From Nitrospirota bacterium (GTDB lineage: Bacteria > Nitrospirota > UBA9217), in assembly GCA_963751455.1 (NCBI GenBank), contig CAVVUN010000009.1:256001-320000 (forward strand): a DNA stretch of 64,000 bases, written 5' to 3'. Below, in pieces: positions 1-11,190 of the stretch (position 1 is the stretch's first letter; every line of letters begins with the position of its first letter). The notes under the pieces are model-generated. The model was not told the origin of the DNA. It did not search any database and saw only the letters and a list, made by a program, of their open reading frames with translations. Position numbers and translations under genes: made by a program.

Positions 1-2139
1 GTAACAAAAACGGGAAGGGCCATACCGGTCCTGCATAATGTACGCGTTCTCAGAAATGATCAAGGGGAATTTATCGGCACTCAGGGCATTGCACGCGACA
101 TTACCGACCGGAAAACCGCTGAAGACGAACTGAAAAAGGCGATCCAGCGGATCGAAGAAGAGAAAGCCAGATCAGAGTCGGTTCTCGCCGCGATCGGAGA
201 CGGCGTCAGCATTCAGGATGCAGATTATAAAGTACTGTATCAGAACAGGGTCCACAAGCAAATGAGCGGAGGGATCAAAACCGGGGAGTATTGCTACGCC
301 GCCTATGCGCACAGCGATGCCGTATGTCCCGGGTGCCCGGTATCGAAAACATTTATCGACGGTAAAAACCACACTCTTGAAAAGGATATAGTGAGGGGAA
401 CGCAGTTACTCACTATCGAGATCATGGCGTCTCCGTTGCGCGACTCTTCCGGAAAGATTATAGCAGGGATTGAAGCGGTAAGGGACATCACCGAACGCAA
501 AAAGGCGCGTGAGCGGCTGACGCTGTTCTCAAAAGCTATCGAGGAGGCCGGAGACGGTGTGCAGATTGTGGACCTCAACGGATTCATCGTTTATTCGAAC
601 AAAGCGGTCCAGGAAATATACGGGTTTTCTCCGGAGGAATTGTCCGGGACACATGTCAATCTGATGAACGCGGACCCCGACTTTGCCGGCAACGTGATTC
701 TTCCCATGATAAAGGATACAGGCCGATGGTGTGGTGAGTTGATCGTGAAACATAAGAACGGCAGAACCTTCCCGGTATGGCTCTCCACGTCACTGGTAAG
801 AGACGCGTACAGTAATCCGATAGCGATGATCGGTATAATTAGAGACATTACAGACCGGAAACGGTCTGAAGAAATTGTAAATCGTCATCGCGGAGACCTT
901 GCGAGGCTGGTCGAGGAACGTACGAAGGAGCTTACGGCAGCAAATGAAAAGTTGCGCAAGGAGATGTCTGAACGGGAACGCATGGAGGATGAACTTCTGA
1001 AGGCCCAAAAACTGGAGTCCCTTGGCATTCTTGCCGGAGGAATCGCGCATGATTTCAACAATCTGTTGGCATCAGTTCTGGGCAATATTTCGCTTGCCAT
1101 GCTCGACATTGACCGCGCACATGAGGCATTCAGCCGGCTTATCGCAGCCGAGAAAGCTTCTCTGAGGGCGCAGGACCTTACGAGGCAGCTTCTCACGTTT
1201 TCCCGGGGAGGTGTGCCTGTAAAAAAGACGACTGAAATAACGGAACTGATAAGGGAAGCGGTAAGCTTCGCGCTGCGCGGATCGAATGTCAGATTCGAAT
1301 TAGTCATTGAGGACAGGCTCAAGCTGGTGGACGTCGATGAAGGCCAGTTTAGTCAGGTCATTCATAACCTTGTTATTAACGCAAATCATGCCATGCCGCA
1401 GGGAGGCGTTGTCACGATACGGTGCAGCACTATACATCACAGGGCGCACGGCGCTCTTCCTTTGCGGGAGGGAGAGTATGTCCGGATATCAATCGAGGAC
1501 CACGGAATAGGAATTTCCCAGGAACACCTATCGAGAGTTTTCGACCCGTACTTTACGACCAAGCAGAAAGGAAGCGGCCTCGGGCTTGCCACTACCTACT
1601 CCATCATCAAGAAACACGGGGGGCACATATCGGTTGAATCGATAGAGGGCGTCGGAAGTACATTTCACGTCTATCTTCCGGTCTCCCGGGAAACAAAGCT
1701 GCCGATCAGATCGTCAGAAGGGGTGTTGCGGAAGGGGACAGGCAGCGTTCTGGTCATGGATGACGAGCACGAGGTAAGGGAGACAACAGGCCAGGTTCTG
1801 AGCAAACTCGGGTATATGGTGACCCTCGCCGAAGACGGCGACGAAGCGATCGAACGGTACTGCAGCGCCAGGGAGGCAGGTAAGCCCTTCGCTCTTGTTA
1901 TCATGGATTTAACGGTCCCGGGAGGCATGGGCGGGACGGATGCGTTGAAGAAGCTTCGGGAGATAGATCCGGACGTCAAGGCCATCGTGTCGAGCGGGTA
2001 TTCTAACGATCCGGTCATGGCGGATTTCAGGCAACACGGCTTCATGGGAGTCGTGACGAAACCGTACCGAATCAAGGAACTGAGCGAAGAGGTTCACAAG
2101 GTTATTAATAGCGTTTCACAAGGAGCAGGCAGCTCGTAG
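1..2139 (+). CDS. multi-PAS hybrid sensor histidine kinase/response regulator (5' end outside window)
   Basis: Frame 1 is open from base 1; PAS/PAC motifs (RDITERK), H-box AGGIAHDFNN, HATPase boxes (FDPYFTTK, GSGLGL), C-terminal REC (MDDE...MDLT...KP). Confidence 0.93.
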   Translation, partial: VTKTGRAIPVLHNVRVLRNDQGEFIGTQGIARDITDRKTAEDELKKAIQRIEEEKARSESVLAAIGDGVSIQDADYKVLYQNRVHKQMSGGIKTGEYCYAAYAHSDAVCPGCPVSKTFIDGKNHTLEKDIVRGTQLLTIEIMASPLRDSSGKIIAGIEAVRDITERKKARERLTLFSKAIEEAGDGVQIVDLNGFIVYSNKAVQEIYGFSPEELSGTHVNLMNADPDFAGNVILPMIKDTGRWCGELIVKHKNGRTFPVWLSTSLVRDAYSNPIAMIGIIRDITDRKRSEEIVNRHRGDLARLVEERTKELTAANEKLRKEMSERERMEDELLKAQKLESLGILAGGIAHDFNNLLASVLGNISLAMLDIDRAHEAFSRLIAAEKASLRAQDLTRQLLTFSRGGVPVKKTTEITELIREAVSFALRGSNVRFELVIEDRLKLVDVDEGQFSQVIHNLVINANHAMPQGGVVTIRCSTIHHRAHGALPLREGEYVRISIEDHGIGISQEHLSRVFDPYFTTKQKGSGLGLATTYSIIKKHGGHISVESIEGVGSTFHVYLPVSRETKLPIRSSEGVLRKGTGSVLVMDDEHEVRETTGQVLSKLGYMVTLAEDGDEAIERYCSAREAGKPFALVIMDLTVPGGMGGTDALKKLREIDPDVKAIVSSGYSNDPVMADFRQHGFMGVVTKPYRIKELSEEVHKVINSVSQGAGSS

Positions 2140-2194
2140 GAGAGCATGGGACCAGATTATAAAAGCCGCAGCTCTTTTGTTCAGATCAACATTC

Positions 2195-3538
2195 TTAAAT
2201 CTGGTCTACATCCACGATCAACTTGATTTTCTGGCCGACCCGCACCGTTTTGCCGATGCCTTTGTTCCACTCCCGTATATCTGCAACAGTGACATTGTGT
2301 TTTTTTGCAATTTTAATAAGATTTTCACCGCGCCGTACACGGTAGAGAATCTGCTGATTTCTGACTGCCTGAGCGGGAGAGAGGCCATGGATGTCCTGCG
2401 GCCGGCCGCTGGTGCCGACAGGTATCAGCAGATGTTTACCGGTCGATATTTTTTTCCTGCCAAGCCCGTTGATATCCCGGATAGCTTCGGGAGTGGTATT
2501 ATACTGTTTAGCCAGTAGTGCCAGCGTCTCGCCCTTCTTCACTTCATGACGCTCCCATGTGATTTTCTGCTCGGGCGGTATGGCAGCGTAATTGGCGAGG
2601 AATTTATCTTTCCTGCCCGGGGGTATTCTGAGCACATAATGGCTGTATTGGGGAGGAGTTACCCACCGCCGGATTTCCGGATTCAATTCTTTGATCTCCT
2701 GATAAGTGCACTCGGCGCACCGCGAGATCAACCGAAGATCCGTGCTCTCCTCGACAACAACCTCGTCGTACTTGAACGGTTCGAATTTTGAAAGGGTAAA
2801 CCCATAGGCCTCCGGGTTCTTGGCAATGATCGTTGCGGCCATGTACTTGGGTACGTAATTTTTGGTCTCTTTGCGGATATAACGGGAAGCCTTCAGGTCC
2901 CAGAAATCTTCTGACCGGGTCCTCAGGACGGCACGCTGAACTTTGCCCGCTCCTGCGTTGTATGACGCGAGGGCCAGGGGCCATGAACCGAATAGATTGT
3001 GCAGATCTTTCAAGTGTTCAGCGGCAGCTTGGGTGGATTTGACAGGATCTTTCCGCTCATCGATCCACCAGTCGATCTTGAGCCCATACGACTTACCGGT
3101 TGCAGGCATGAACTGCCAGGGACCTACCGCATGCGCCCATGATACCGCGTAGGGATTAAACCCGCTTTCTATCATGGCGACGTAAACCAGGTCTTCGGGA
3201 AGGTTCTTGTCCCTGAAAATGTCCTTCATAAGCGGTATATACCGGGCGGAACGATCAAGCCACAATTGGAATATATTTCTGCCGCGCGTCTTAAAGTATT
3301 CGAGATGATTTTCGACGCTGTCATTCAGGATCATCGGAATCTGATACGGTTTTTCTTCGGCGGTTTCGTCGATGACTTCGTCCAGCTGCGCGATATCTTC
3401 AGAAGGGGGTTTTAATTGGCTGGGAACTTGTATTCCCGCCTGCTGAGGATCAACGGATTGAGCGAATGATCCGGGAAACGGAACCAGTAGTGTCATACAG
3501 GCGATTGCCAGTGCGACTAGAAAATTTCTCGATATCAT
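2195..3538 (-). CDS. mltD: LysM-containing lytic murein transglycosylase (MltD-like)
   Basis: SLT motifs IESG, GPWQF, ASYNAG, ETKNYV; C-terminal LysM repeats; N-terminal signal peptide. Confidence 0.88.
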   Translation of the reverse strand: MISRNFLVALAIACMTLLVPFPGSFAQSVDPQQAGIQVPSQLKPPSEDIAQLDEVIDETAEEKPYQIPMILNDSVENHLEYFKTRGRNIFQLWLDRSARYIPLMKDIFRDKNLPEDLVYVAMIESGFNPYAVSWAHAVGPWQFMPATGKSYGLKIDWWIDERKDPVKSTQAAAEHLKDLHNLFGSWPLALASYNAGAGKVQRAVLRTRSEDFWDLKASRYIRKETKNYVPKYMAATIIAKNPEAYGFTLSKFEPFKYDEVVVEESTDLRLISRCAECTYQEIKELNPEIRRWVTPPQYSHYVLRIPPGRKDKFLANYAAIPPEQKITWERHEVKKGETLALLAKQYNTTPEAIRDINGLGRKKISTGKHLLIPVGTSGRPQDIHGLSPAQAVRNQQILYRVRRGENLIKIAKKHNVTVADIREWNKGIGKTVRVGQKIKLIVDVDQI

Positions 3539-3712
3539 TTATCCTCCAGCTTTAGTATAAAGTTACCGTATTCATGTTTCTTTGTCAAGGTCTAACGGCG
3601 CGAATCAATTGAGCTTTAGATGATGGACCAGCTGTAAAACGAATCGATAAAGTGGGGCCATTTTCTCTTATTTCTTGTAATTCGTTAGGGGCTTCTGTAT
3701 TATAAATTAGTT

Positions 3713-4468
3713 ATGAATGCCCGTATTCTTGAGATATTTTCTTCTATTCAGGGGGAAGGACCTTTCGTCGGCCAGAGGCACATTTTCGTCCGGTTTTCCG
3801 GTTGTGATATCCGGTGCAGATACTGCGATACGCCGGCAGCCTTAACGAGATATGATAACAGTCACGACTTTCCCGGCCGGATGCGCGCCCAAGCGTCGCC
3901 GGAATCTTTTACGTTTGAAGATCTGCCCGATATCGTCACTGCCGTTCAGTTGTCCGGATTTGTGAGCGCCTTGCCTGGAACGGCCCGGCCCGTCCTGTGC
4001 TCAGTATTACGGGAGGAGAGCCGCTGCTTCATAATGAGTTTCTTGCCGAATGGCTGCCGTTCGTGCGGAACCGTTTCACTATTTACCTCGAGACTAACGG
4101 AATTCACAATAAAGCCATGGAAAAACTCCGCGCGCTCATCGATATCGTGAGTCTTGACTTTAAACTGCCATCCGCCACCGGTCTGTCTGCCTTCTGGGAG
4201 GAGCACCGGAGATTCCTGGCAGCAGCAGGAAATGAAAATGTCTTTGTCAAAGCCGTAGTGACCTCCGATACCATTGCGGACGATATTGTAGAATCGGCGA
4301 ATATCATAGCTCAAATTCGATCGTTTTATTCCCCTGATTATCCAGCCGGCGGCCGGACGCTTTGCACCGGACACGTCGCTCCTGATCGATTTCCAGAACA
4401 GGGCTCTCTCGATTATCGGGGATGTGCGCGTCATTCCGCAGGTCCATACAATGCTTTCTTTACCCTAA
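3713..4468 (+). CDS. queE: 7-carboxy-7-deazaguanine synthase (radical SAM), split by ~2 frameshifts
   Basis: [40 protein letters not shown] and C-terminal VRVIPQVH lie in different frames. Confidence 0.85.
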
Positions 4469-4484
4469 CAAGGGGATACTACGG

Positions 4485-5922
4485 TTGAACCTTCCACTCC
4501 TTATTAAGATTGTCGAAGAACTCTCCTTGCTTCTCACGGATGCCCGGGTCCGGCAGGTGGCTGAAGGACCGAAAGGAACACTGTACCTCTTACTCATTCG
4601 AAGCCGGAAGCAGTTTATTCTTCTGCTCTCATCCGACCGGTCACTGCCCAGAATATATCTCGTTTCTCGAAAGACCGAACCATCCCGCTTTCCGGGACCC
4701 TTCACGCAGTATCTCAGAAGCCGTTTGAACGGCTCGGTTATACGGCATATCGTATTGCTGAACGAGGACCGTATCGTTGAAATTGCTTTTTCCGCCAGGG
4801 CCGGAGAATTCCGCCTTATTCTGGAGCTTACCGGTTCAACTGCAAATCTCGTGTTTACTGACGCTTTTTCGACAATTCTTGCGGTGTATTCATCAGGCGC
4901 ATGACGCGGTGTGCGCGGCCGGCAGCTTGTTCCCGGAATCCGATATGAATTCCCGCTCAAAAAAGGCGCGCAGTCGGCCACCATGTCGGGCGAAAAACGA
5001 AATTCATGCATGCAGCCCCAGCCTCAGGAAGAGGCTGAAGCAAACCGCGAAACTGCTCTCATATATGAACGTCTTCTCGAGCAGAAAGAGATCGAGGGTC
5101 TCCGGTCCCGGCTCCGTTCGCATCTCCGTAGATCACTCAAAAAGATCCGGCGACGGATAGAGGCTCTGACGGTGGACGGTCAGACCATGGAAAACGCGGA
5201 ACAATACAGGGCTGGCAGGCGACCTGATCCTTGCCAATCTCGATAGACTCCAAACCGGGATGGCGGAAGCTGAACTTACGGGTCACGATGGAACAAGATG
5301 CATTATTATTCTCGATCCGAAGCGCTCGGGTACGGGAAATGCCCAACTTTATTTTAAGAAATATAAGAAAGCGAAAGCCGGACGGAAAATCACAGCTTCC
5401 CGTCTGCTTCAAGCCGAGGCTGAGTGCAAGCAAATCCTGGATTTTCGGAAGAGCTTGATCAGGCTCAGGACAGGGAAACGCTGCATTCTCTCGGTTCTCG
5501 TATAAATAAGCGGGGACAACTGCATGCCGGCGTGAAGGATAAAAAGAAAGTCTCCATGCCAGGTGAAGCCTCGGTTCGGACGATCCAGTATTCCGGATGG
5601 GAAATACTTGTAGGGAAGAGCGCGGCGGGAAACGATTACCTGACCATGAAGCTGCGCTTGTGACAACGATCTGTGGCTCCATGCCGAGGGCACGCCCGGA
5701 TCTCACGTGCTCATTAGAAATCCCGAGCAAAGGGAAATACCTTCTCCGGTACTCGTAAAGGCCGCATCTCTGGCTGCTTTTTACAGCAGGGCATGCGCAG
5801 CCGGAAAGGTGCCTGTTGCATACACTCTGGCCCGACATGTTAAAAAGCCCAAAGGGGCCAAGCCGGGGCTGGTTACGCTGTCAGAAAGGAAAACAATAAT
5901 AGCCGTGCCCCAGGAGAATTGA
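4485..5922 (+). CDS. rqcH: NFACT/RqcH (FbpA-like) ribosome quality-control protein, several frameshifts
   Basis: Fragments F..YLRSRL, ..DRIVEI.., LILELTG..NL, NAQLYFKKYKKAK, ILVGKSAAGNDYLT, WLHAEGTPGSHV, KKPKGAKPGLV. Confidence 0.8.
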
Positions 5923-5964
5923 GAAAAATCGCTTGGGAAGATGCCACGGACGGGATACAATTTC

Positions 5965-5994
5965 TTGACAAATAAAAAATAGTAATCCTATAAT
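5965..5994 (+). promoter_or_regulatory. sigma70-type promoter
   Basis: TTGACA-18 nt-TATAAT upstream of the cNMP-domain gene. Confidence 0.7.
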
Positions 5995-6041
5995 TCGAAA
6001 GTGCCGTCTTAAAATCGAAATCGAAGTAGATCATTCCGGGA

Positions 6042-6495
6042 ATGGATAACGTTGAATTTTTGAAAAAAACAGTGCTGTTCAAGGGCAGCAGCAAGGAAGA
6101 AATCGAACTTGCTGCCGGCTTGTTCCAGGAGCGCGTGATCAAGCCGAACATGACCATCTTTACGGAGAAGATGCCTTCGGAGGCGCTCTATATCGTGAAG
6201 AGCGGAAGCGTGCGGATCAGTATCATGGCCAGGGAAGGCGAGGAAAAATCGCTGCATTTTATACGGTCCGGGAGAGTTTTTTGGTGAACTCGCGCTGCTT
6301 CAGGAAGAAAGCAGGCTGGTCACTGCGCGTACTGAAACGTCCGCTGAATTGCTTCTTTTACGCGGAAGGATTTCCTGGCACTCATGGAATTGGACCCCCG
6401 GCACTGCGTCGAGAATGCTCATGGTGATTGCAAAACTGCTCGCTATGCGGACCAAGGCTTACAGTTCCCGGCTCAGAGAGATGCTGCTTTCATGA
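6042..6495 (+). CDS. cyclic-nucleotide-binding domain protein (frameshifted)
   Basis: IFTEKMPSEALYIVKSGSVRI, then FGELALL..SRLVTAR in another frame; stop overlaps the next ATG. Confidence 0.75.
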
Positions 6496-7446
6496 TCCTT
6501 GCCGGCATCGATGTCGGGACGAATACTCTCCGTCTCCTTATTGCCGATATCGAACATGATTCCTTCCGTGAAATACATTCAGACAGAAAGATCACAAGGC
6601 TGGGGCAGCGCCTTGATACGCTGGGATATTTGTCCTCGGAATCGCAGCAGCGCTCCATTACCTGCCTTGCTGCGTTCAGCAGAACGATTGGGAAGTATGC
6701 TGTAAGCGGAGTTGCGGCCGTGGGAACGAGCGCACTGAGAAAGGCGTCAAACGCCGCGGAATTCATCAAGATGTAAAAAACAAGACCGGCATCGACATAC
6801 GCATTATCGAAGGTACCGAAGAGGCGGCCCTCACGCTTTTAGGCGTTATCTGCGGACTGCAAGGCAGTAAGGGCGGACGGGAGACCGAATTTTCCCCTGC
6901 AATGGTCCTTGATATAGGCGGAGGCAGCACGGAAATAAGCCTGATTCGGCCGGCAACGGGCACCAAGGCTTTCAGTCTGCCGCTCGGGGCCGTGTATCTC
7001 ACCGAGCGGTTCATAAAAAACGATCCTCCATCAGACACGGACCTGGAGCGGCTGAGGCAGGCGATCAGAAGCGAGATTGAAAAACTGAGTTTGTTCCACC
7101 CGGGACGGCGCAGCTCCTGGGCACAGCGGGAACCATTACGACTCTCGTGGCAATGGATTTGAAGCTTGCCGAGTATAAACCCGAGCTTGTAAATGGAGCC
7201 AAACTCACGCGAGAGTCAGTCGACGAAATCGTGAAAAAACTTCGTACGGCTACGATTGCACAACGGCGGCAAATTCCAGGCCTCGAGGCGGGACGGGAAG
7301 ACATTATTCTGGCCGGCGCAGTGGTGGTTCAGGAGATCATGGATCGTTTCTCATTCCGGAAGATGGTCGTGAGCGACTGGGGGCTGAGAGAAGGGATCGT
7401 GATAGATCTCTATCAGAAACTGACGCGCCGGGAAAGTCCGGGATAG
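6492..7446 (+). CDS. ppx: Ppx/GppA exopolyphosphatase family (frameshifted)
   Basis: AGIDVGTNTLRL, GTSALRKASN, DIGGGSTE, GRED.ILAG, GLREGIV across three ORF pieces. Confidence 0.85.
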
Positions 7447-7491
7447 AGGTATTCACGTGCATTAATTTCCTGAAAAAGGAATTATCCGAAA

Positions 7492-7866
7492 ATGCTGAAA
7501 GAACTGACTTCACCGAAAAATGACGGAAAAAGTCCGAGAAGATGGTTCTCGGACGATTATTTCGATCTTATACTCTGGCTGCGACAAGACGGATCTCTTT
7601 CCGGGTTTCAGTTATGCTACGATAAAAAAAAGCAAGAACGGGCCCTGACCTGGTCAGGAGAGAGTGGGTTCAGGCATGAAGCCGTTGATCAGGGAGAAAC
7701 AAATCCGGCAAAAAACCGGAGCCCGATTCTGGTGCCTGACGGGCTTTGTCCGATCTCGGAGATTACATCGCTCTTTCTCGCAAGGAGCAGCGAACTGGAG
7801 CCCTCAATCAGGTCGTTTATCGAAACCAGGTTGCGTGAATATGAAATGATAACGCAGTCTGCTTAG
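7492..7866 (+). CDS. hypothetical protein
   Basis: 124-aa ORF with protein-like motifs (RRWFSDDYFDLILW, GFQLCYDK, PILVPDG). Confidence 0.7.
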   Translation: MLKELTSPKNDGKSPRRWFSDDYFDLILWLRQDGSLSGFQLCYDKKKQERALTWSGESGFRHEAVDQGETNPAKNRSPILVPDGLCPISEITSLFLARSSELEPSIRSFIETRLREYEMITQSA

Positions 7867-8106
7867 TGCGTGGAGCATTCTGGGTTCAGAGACAGGAGCC
7901 TGCCGCCTGAGCTGACGAGGCGTTTTGCCGAAAAGCTCGGTGTCAATCCGGTGAGATAGACGCAGGTCATAATAGGATGGTAGTGCGTGCTACGGATGTG
8001 GCGGAGGTGCTTAGGAAACATCGTGACGGGAGAACTGGTCTAATCGGATAGAAGCCTCAGCGAACGAATATAGTGATACAGTTTATTTATTGTGACTCTG
8101 ATCCTG

Positions 8107-8424
8107 CTACTTATGACATCGGCTGCAGTTTTTATTGTCCTGCACATCAAATGATTTTTGTCCGTTATGGCATTTTCCGCAGAAATCGCCTTTGTTGATC
8201 TTGGACATATCCATTTTATAAGAACCCTGCTGCATTTGAAAAATAGCATAGTGGCAGCCGGTGCACTTGAGGCCTTTTTCGCTGACATGTTTCTCATGGC
8301 TGAAGACAACCGGGCTTACATTCTTGGGTCTGAAGGTGATGTCGCCACCGCCGACCTTTTCTGCTGCTATCCCGGCAGAAGCAAAAAGACAGAATGAAAC
8401 CATGAATACGATTAACAGTCTCAT
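8107..8424 (-). CDS. periplasmic triheme cytochrome c7/c3-type protein
   Basis: Signal peptide, VVFSHEKH and three CxxCH motifs (CTGCH, CGKCH, CSRCH). Confidence 0.9.
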   Translation of the reverse strand: MRLLIVFMVSFCLFASAGIAAEKVGGGDITFRPKNVSPVVFSHEKHVSEKGLKCTGCHYAIFQMQQGSYKMDMSKINKGDFCGKCHNGQKSFDVQDNKNCSRCHK

Positions 8425-8590
8425 AAATCCCCCCCCAAAAAAAATGTAACGATAACGAAGCTATTATAGCAATTCCCGCGCTAGGGTCAAGCACTTTCTT
8501 GCACTGAAGAGCTTTCTTGCCGGTTATTATGCGAATCTGGTATACTCTAGATAAAGAATTCAAATGCTTGCGAGGGGAGCGGCGCCTGCG

Positions 8591-9369
8591 ATGACAAGAG
8601 ACTCTATAGATATCATGAAAAGCGAGTTGGCGAACATAAAAAATCCCGTTCGTTTAATATTGTTCACGACCGATATCGCTTGTGAAACATGCCCCGATAT
8701 GCTGAAGAAGGTCAGGCGATCAAGGCCGCTGTCTCCGAAAATCGCGCTCGAGGTGTACGACCAGGTTATGGACCGCGATAAGTCGGAACAGTACAGGAGT
8801 ACGAAATGTCCCGGCTGTTGTGGTACAGGGCGGCAGCGGACGTTCCGTTACGTTTTACGGCCTATGTTGATGATGTTTTTTTCGAGATATTGCTTGATAC
8901 TATTCTTGCCGTATCCGGCGGCAGGGACTGGTTTGCCGGCAATATCCGAAAGACCCTCGCTCATCTCGAACGCGAGGTGAACATCCAGGTTTTTGTAGAA
9001 AGCGACTGCCCTCAGTGCAGGCCTGTGGCCGAAACGGCGATAGGACTGGCATTGGAAAGCGATCTCATCTCCTCAAATATTATCGTTGCAAGCACATTTC
9101 CGGCTCTTATCAAGAAGTATTCAATAAAAACGCTTCCCAAAACGATTTTCGGCGCGAACCTGCATATGGACGGCCACGTAACGGAAAGCGAATTTCTTGA
9201 AATGATCTTTCAGGCAGAGGGGGTTCAAGCCGGGCCTGACAGGCGCTGCCTCTCCTGCGGAAATCCTTCCGGTGACCTGATCTGCGGGTCCTGCAAAGCA
9301 AGGATCCAGGCTGAGGCCGTTGACCATAAACGCAAAGGGGAGAAATTGAGACAAACAGGTTCTTCCTGA
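8591..9369 (+). CDS. protein-disulfide oxidoreductase (two thioredoxin folds) with Cys-rich tail, frameshifted
   Basis: CETC and CPQC motifs; C-terminal CLSC-x8-CGSC. Confidence 0.7.
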
Positions 9370-9493
9370 GCTTATTCTTCTGCCTTACTTCCCGAAGGGA
9401 CTGCGGCTTGCAATCAGTATTCCAGGGTGTATAAAGCGCGCAAGGCACGTTCCGCCGTTATGATCCAAGACTAAGAGCAATCGAGGTCTGATC

Positions 9494-10505
9494 GTGAAAC
9501 AGGCGATGTTCCAGGAAATGAAGGACGCTCGCAAGGTGGAGTGCAGTCTGTGCAGCCACCGTTGCCTTATTCCGGATGGGAAGCGCGGCATTTGCGCGGT
9601 CCGTGAAAATAAGGCTGGCACTCTGTACACCCTTGTATACGACAAGGTCATCGCGCAAAATGTAGATCCTGTTGAAAAAAAGCCGCTGTTTCATTTCCTG
9701 CCAGGCAGCCGGTCCTATTCCATCGCCGCTCCCGGATGCAATTTTCGCTGTTTACATTGTCAGAATGCGGATATTTCCCAGCTTCCGCGCGACCGCGGCG
9801 GCACTGTCACGGGAGAGGATGTCCCGCCCGAAAAGATCGTACAATCCGCCAAAAACACCGGTTGCGGCAGCATCTCCTATACCTATACGGAACCGACCAT
9901 ATACTTCGAACTCGCTTATGATACTGCGCGCCTTGCAGCCGAGGCAGGCATCAAGAATGTATTCGTCACAAACGGATATATCACACCGGAAGCCCTTGAA
10001 ACGATACAGGCCGTATCTGCATGCAGCGAATATAGACCTGAAGGGATTTTCCAACGATTTTTACAGGAAAGTGTGCGGCGCCCGGCTTCAACCGGTGCTT
10101 GACGCGATCAGGCTTTATAAAAAAATGGGCATCTGGATTGAGATAACGACGCTGGTTATCCCGGGTCATAACGATTCAGAACAAGAGCTCCGGGACATAG
10201 CGGAATTTATAAGGTCTGTCGGTGAAGAAATACCATGGCATGTTTCCCGGTTCCATCCGACGTATAAATTGCCGGACCAGCCGGTGACGCCGATCGAAAC
10301 GCTCACGATGGCGAGGCGGATCGGACTCGAAGCGGGCCTGCGGTACGTCTATGAAGGCAATGTGCCGGGAGAGGGCGAAGATACCAACTGTCCGGTGTGC
10401 AAGAAAGGCTTGATTAAAAGGATAGGCTACCGCATCAGGGAAAACAACGTGAAGGATGGTAAATGCGTATTCTGCGGCGCGGCCATTGACGGCGTGTGGG
10501 AGTGA
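9494..10505 (+). CDS. amrS: AmmeMemoRadiSam system radical SAM enzyme (one frameshift near 10005)
   Basis: CSLCSHRC, DPVEKKPLFHF, GCNFRCLHCQN, YTYTEPT, WHVSRFHP, YVYEGNV. Confidence 0.9.
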
Positions 10506-10644
10506 AGCTAATGCGGTGGAAAGTGAGAACGCTTACCATGCATGAATGACGAGGCGCGTATCGTGAAGCGGAAAGGTTGGCGTCAAAGCGAATAACATGA
10601 TCGCTAGACAAAACGGGCGTCGCACCCGTAGCCTTTTAAAACCT

Positions 10645-11064
10645 ATGGTAATAGTCAACTACGAAACATTCGAACATGAAGCCGACATCGGCGTTCGAGG
10701 CTTCGGCAGGACGATTGAGGAAGCGTTCGAGAACGCTGCAGTTGCGCTCTATTCAATCATCGTAAATATCAATAAAATTCAACCATCAGAAAAAAAGATC
10801 GTAACAGTAACCGCTCCTGACCTCGACCTTTTGCTCGTAGAATGGCTGAATGCGCTACTGTCATTGTCGGATATCGAGCGGATTGTTTTCTCGAAATTCT
10901 CGGTAAAAATAGAAAATCAGTCGCTCGAAGGCACGGCGTGGGGAGAGCCGCTTGACCGGCAGCGCCACGAACCCCACGTGGAGGTAAAGGGAGCCACTTA
11001 CCACATGCTCAGCGTTACGCAGAAAAACGGCGGATATTCGGCGCAGTGCGTGGTAGATGTATAG
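10645..11064 (+). CDS. archease
   Basis: FEHEADIG...EVKGATYH...VVDV signature; adjacent to rtcB. Confidence 0.92.
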   Translation: MVIVNYETFEHEADIGVRGFGRTIEEAFENAAVALYSIIVNINKIQPSEKKIVTVTAPDLDLLLVEWLNALLSLSDIERIVFSKFSVKIENQSLEGTAWGEPLDRQRHEPHVEVKGATYHMLSVTQKNGGYSAQCVVDV

Positions 11065-11111
11065 GAATTGCGGAATCTGAATGCGGAATGTAGAATGTAG
11101 AATAAGGAATG
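11065..11111 (+). repeat. degenerate heptamer tandem repeat (GAATGYR-like) in the archease-rtcB spacer
   Basis: gaattgcg gaatct gaatgcg gaatgta gaatgta gaataag gaatg. Confidence 0.6.
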
Positions 11112-11155
11112 CATCCCTAGTCACAGACCGAGTCTAGAGGTCAGATGTAGTAATG

Positions 11156-11178
11156 GTAGGTGCAGGCTTCAGCCTGCG
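11156..11178 (+). repeat. REP-like element (GTAG + hairpin)
   Basis: GTAGGTGCAGGCTTCAGCCTGCG; near copy at 22840-22862. Confidence 0.65.
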
Positions 11179-11190
11179 TCCAAGAATAAA

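Noticed and set aside
4895-4910. In-frame TGA in rqcH as selenocysteine
   Set aside because: Downstream homology continues in another frame, so this is an indel rather than recoding
7867-8100. ncRNA or small gene in the convergent spacer
   Set aside because: No recognisable motif, RBS-led ORF or strong structure
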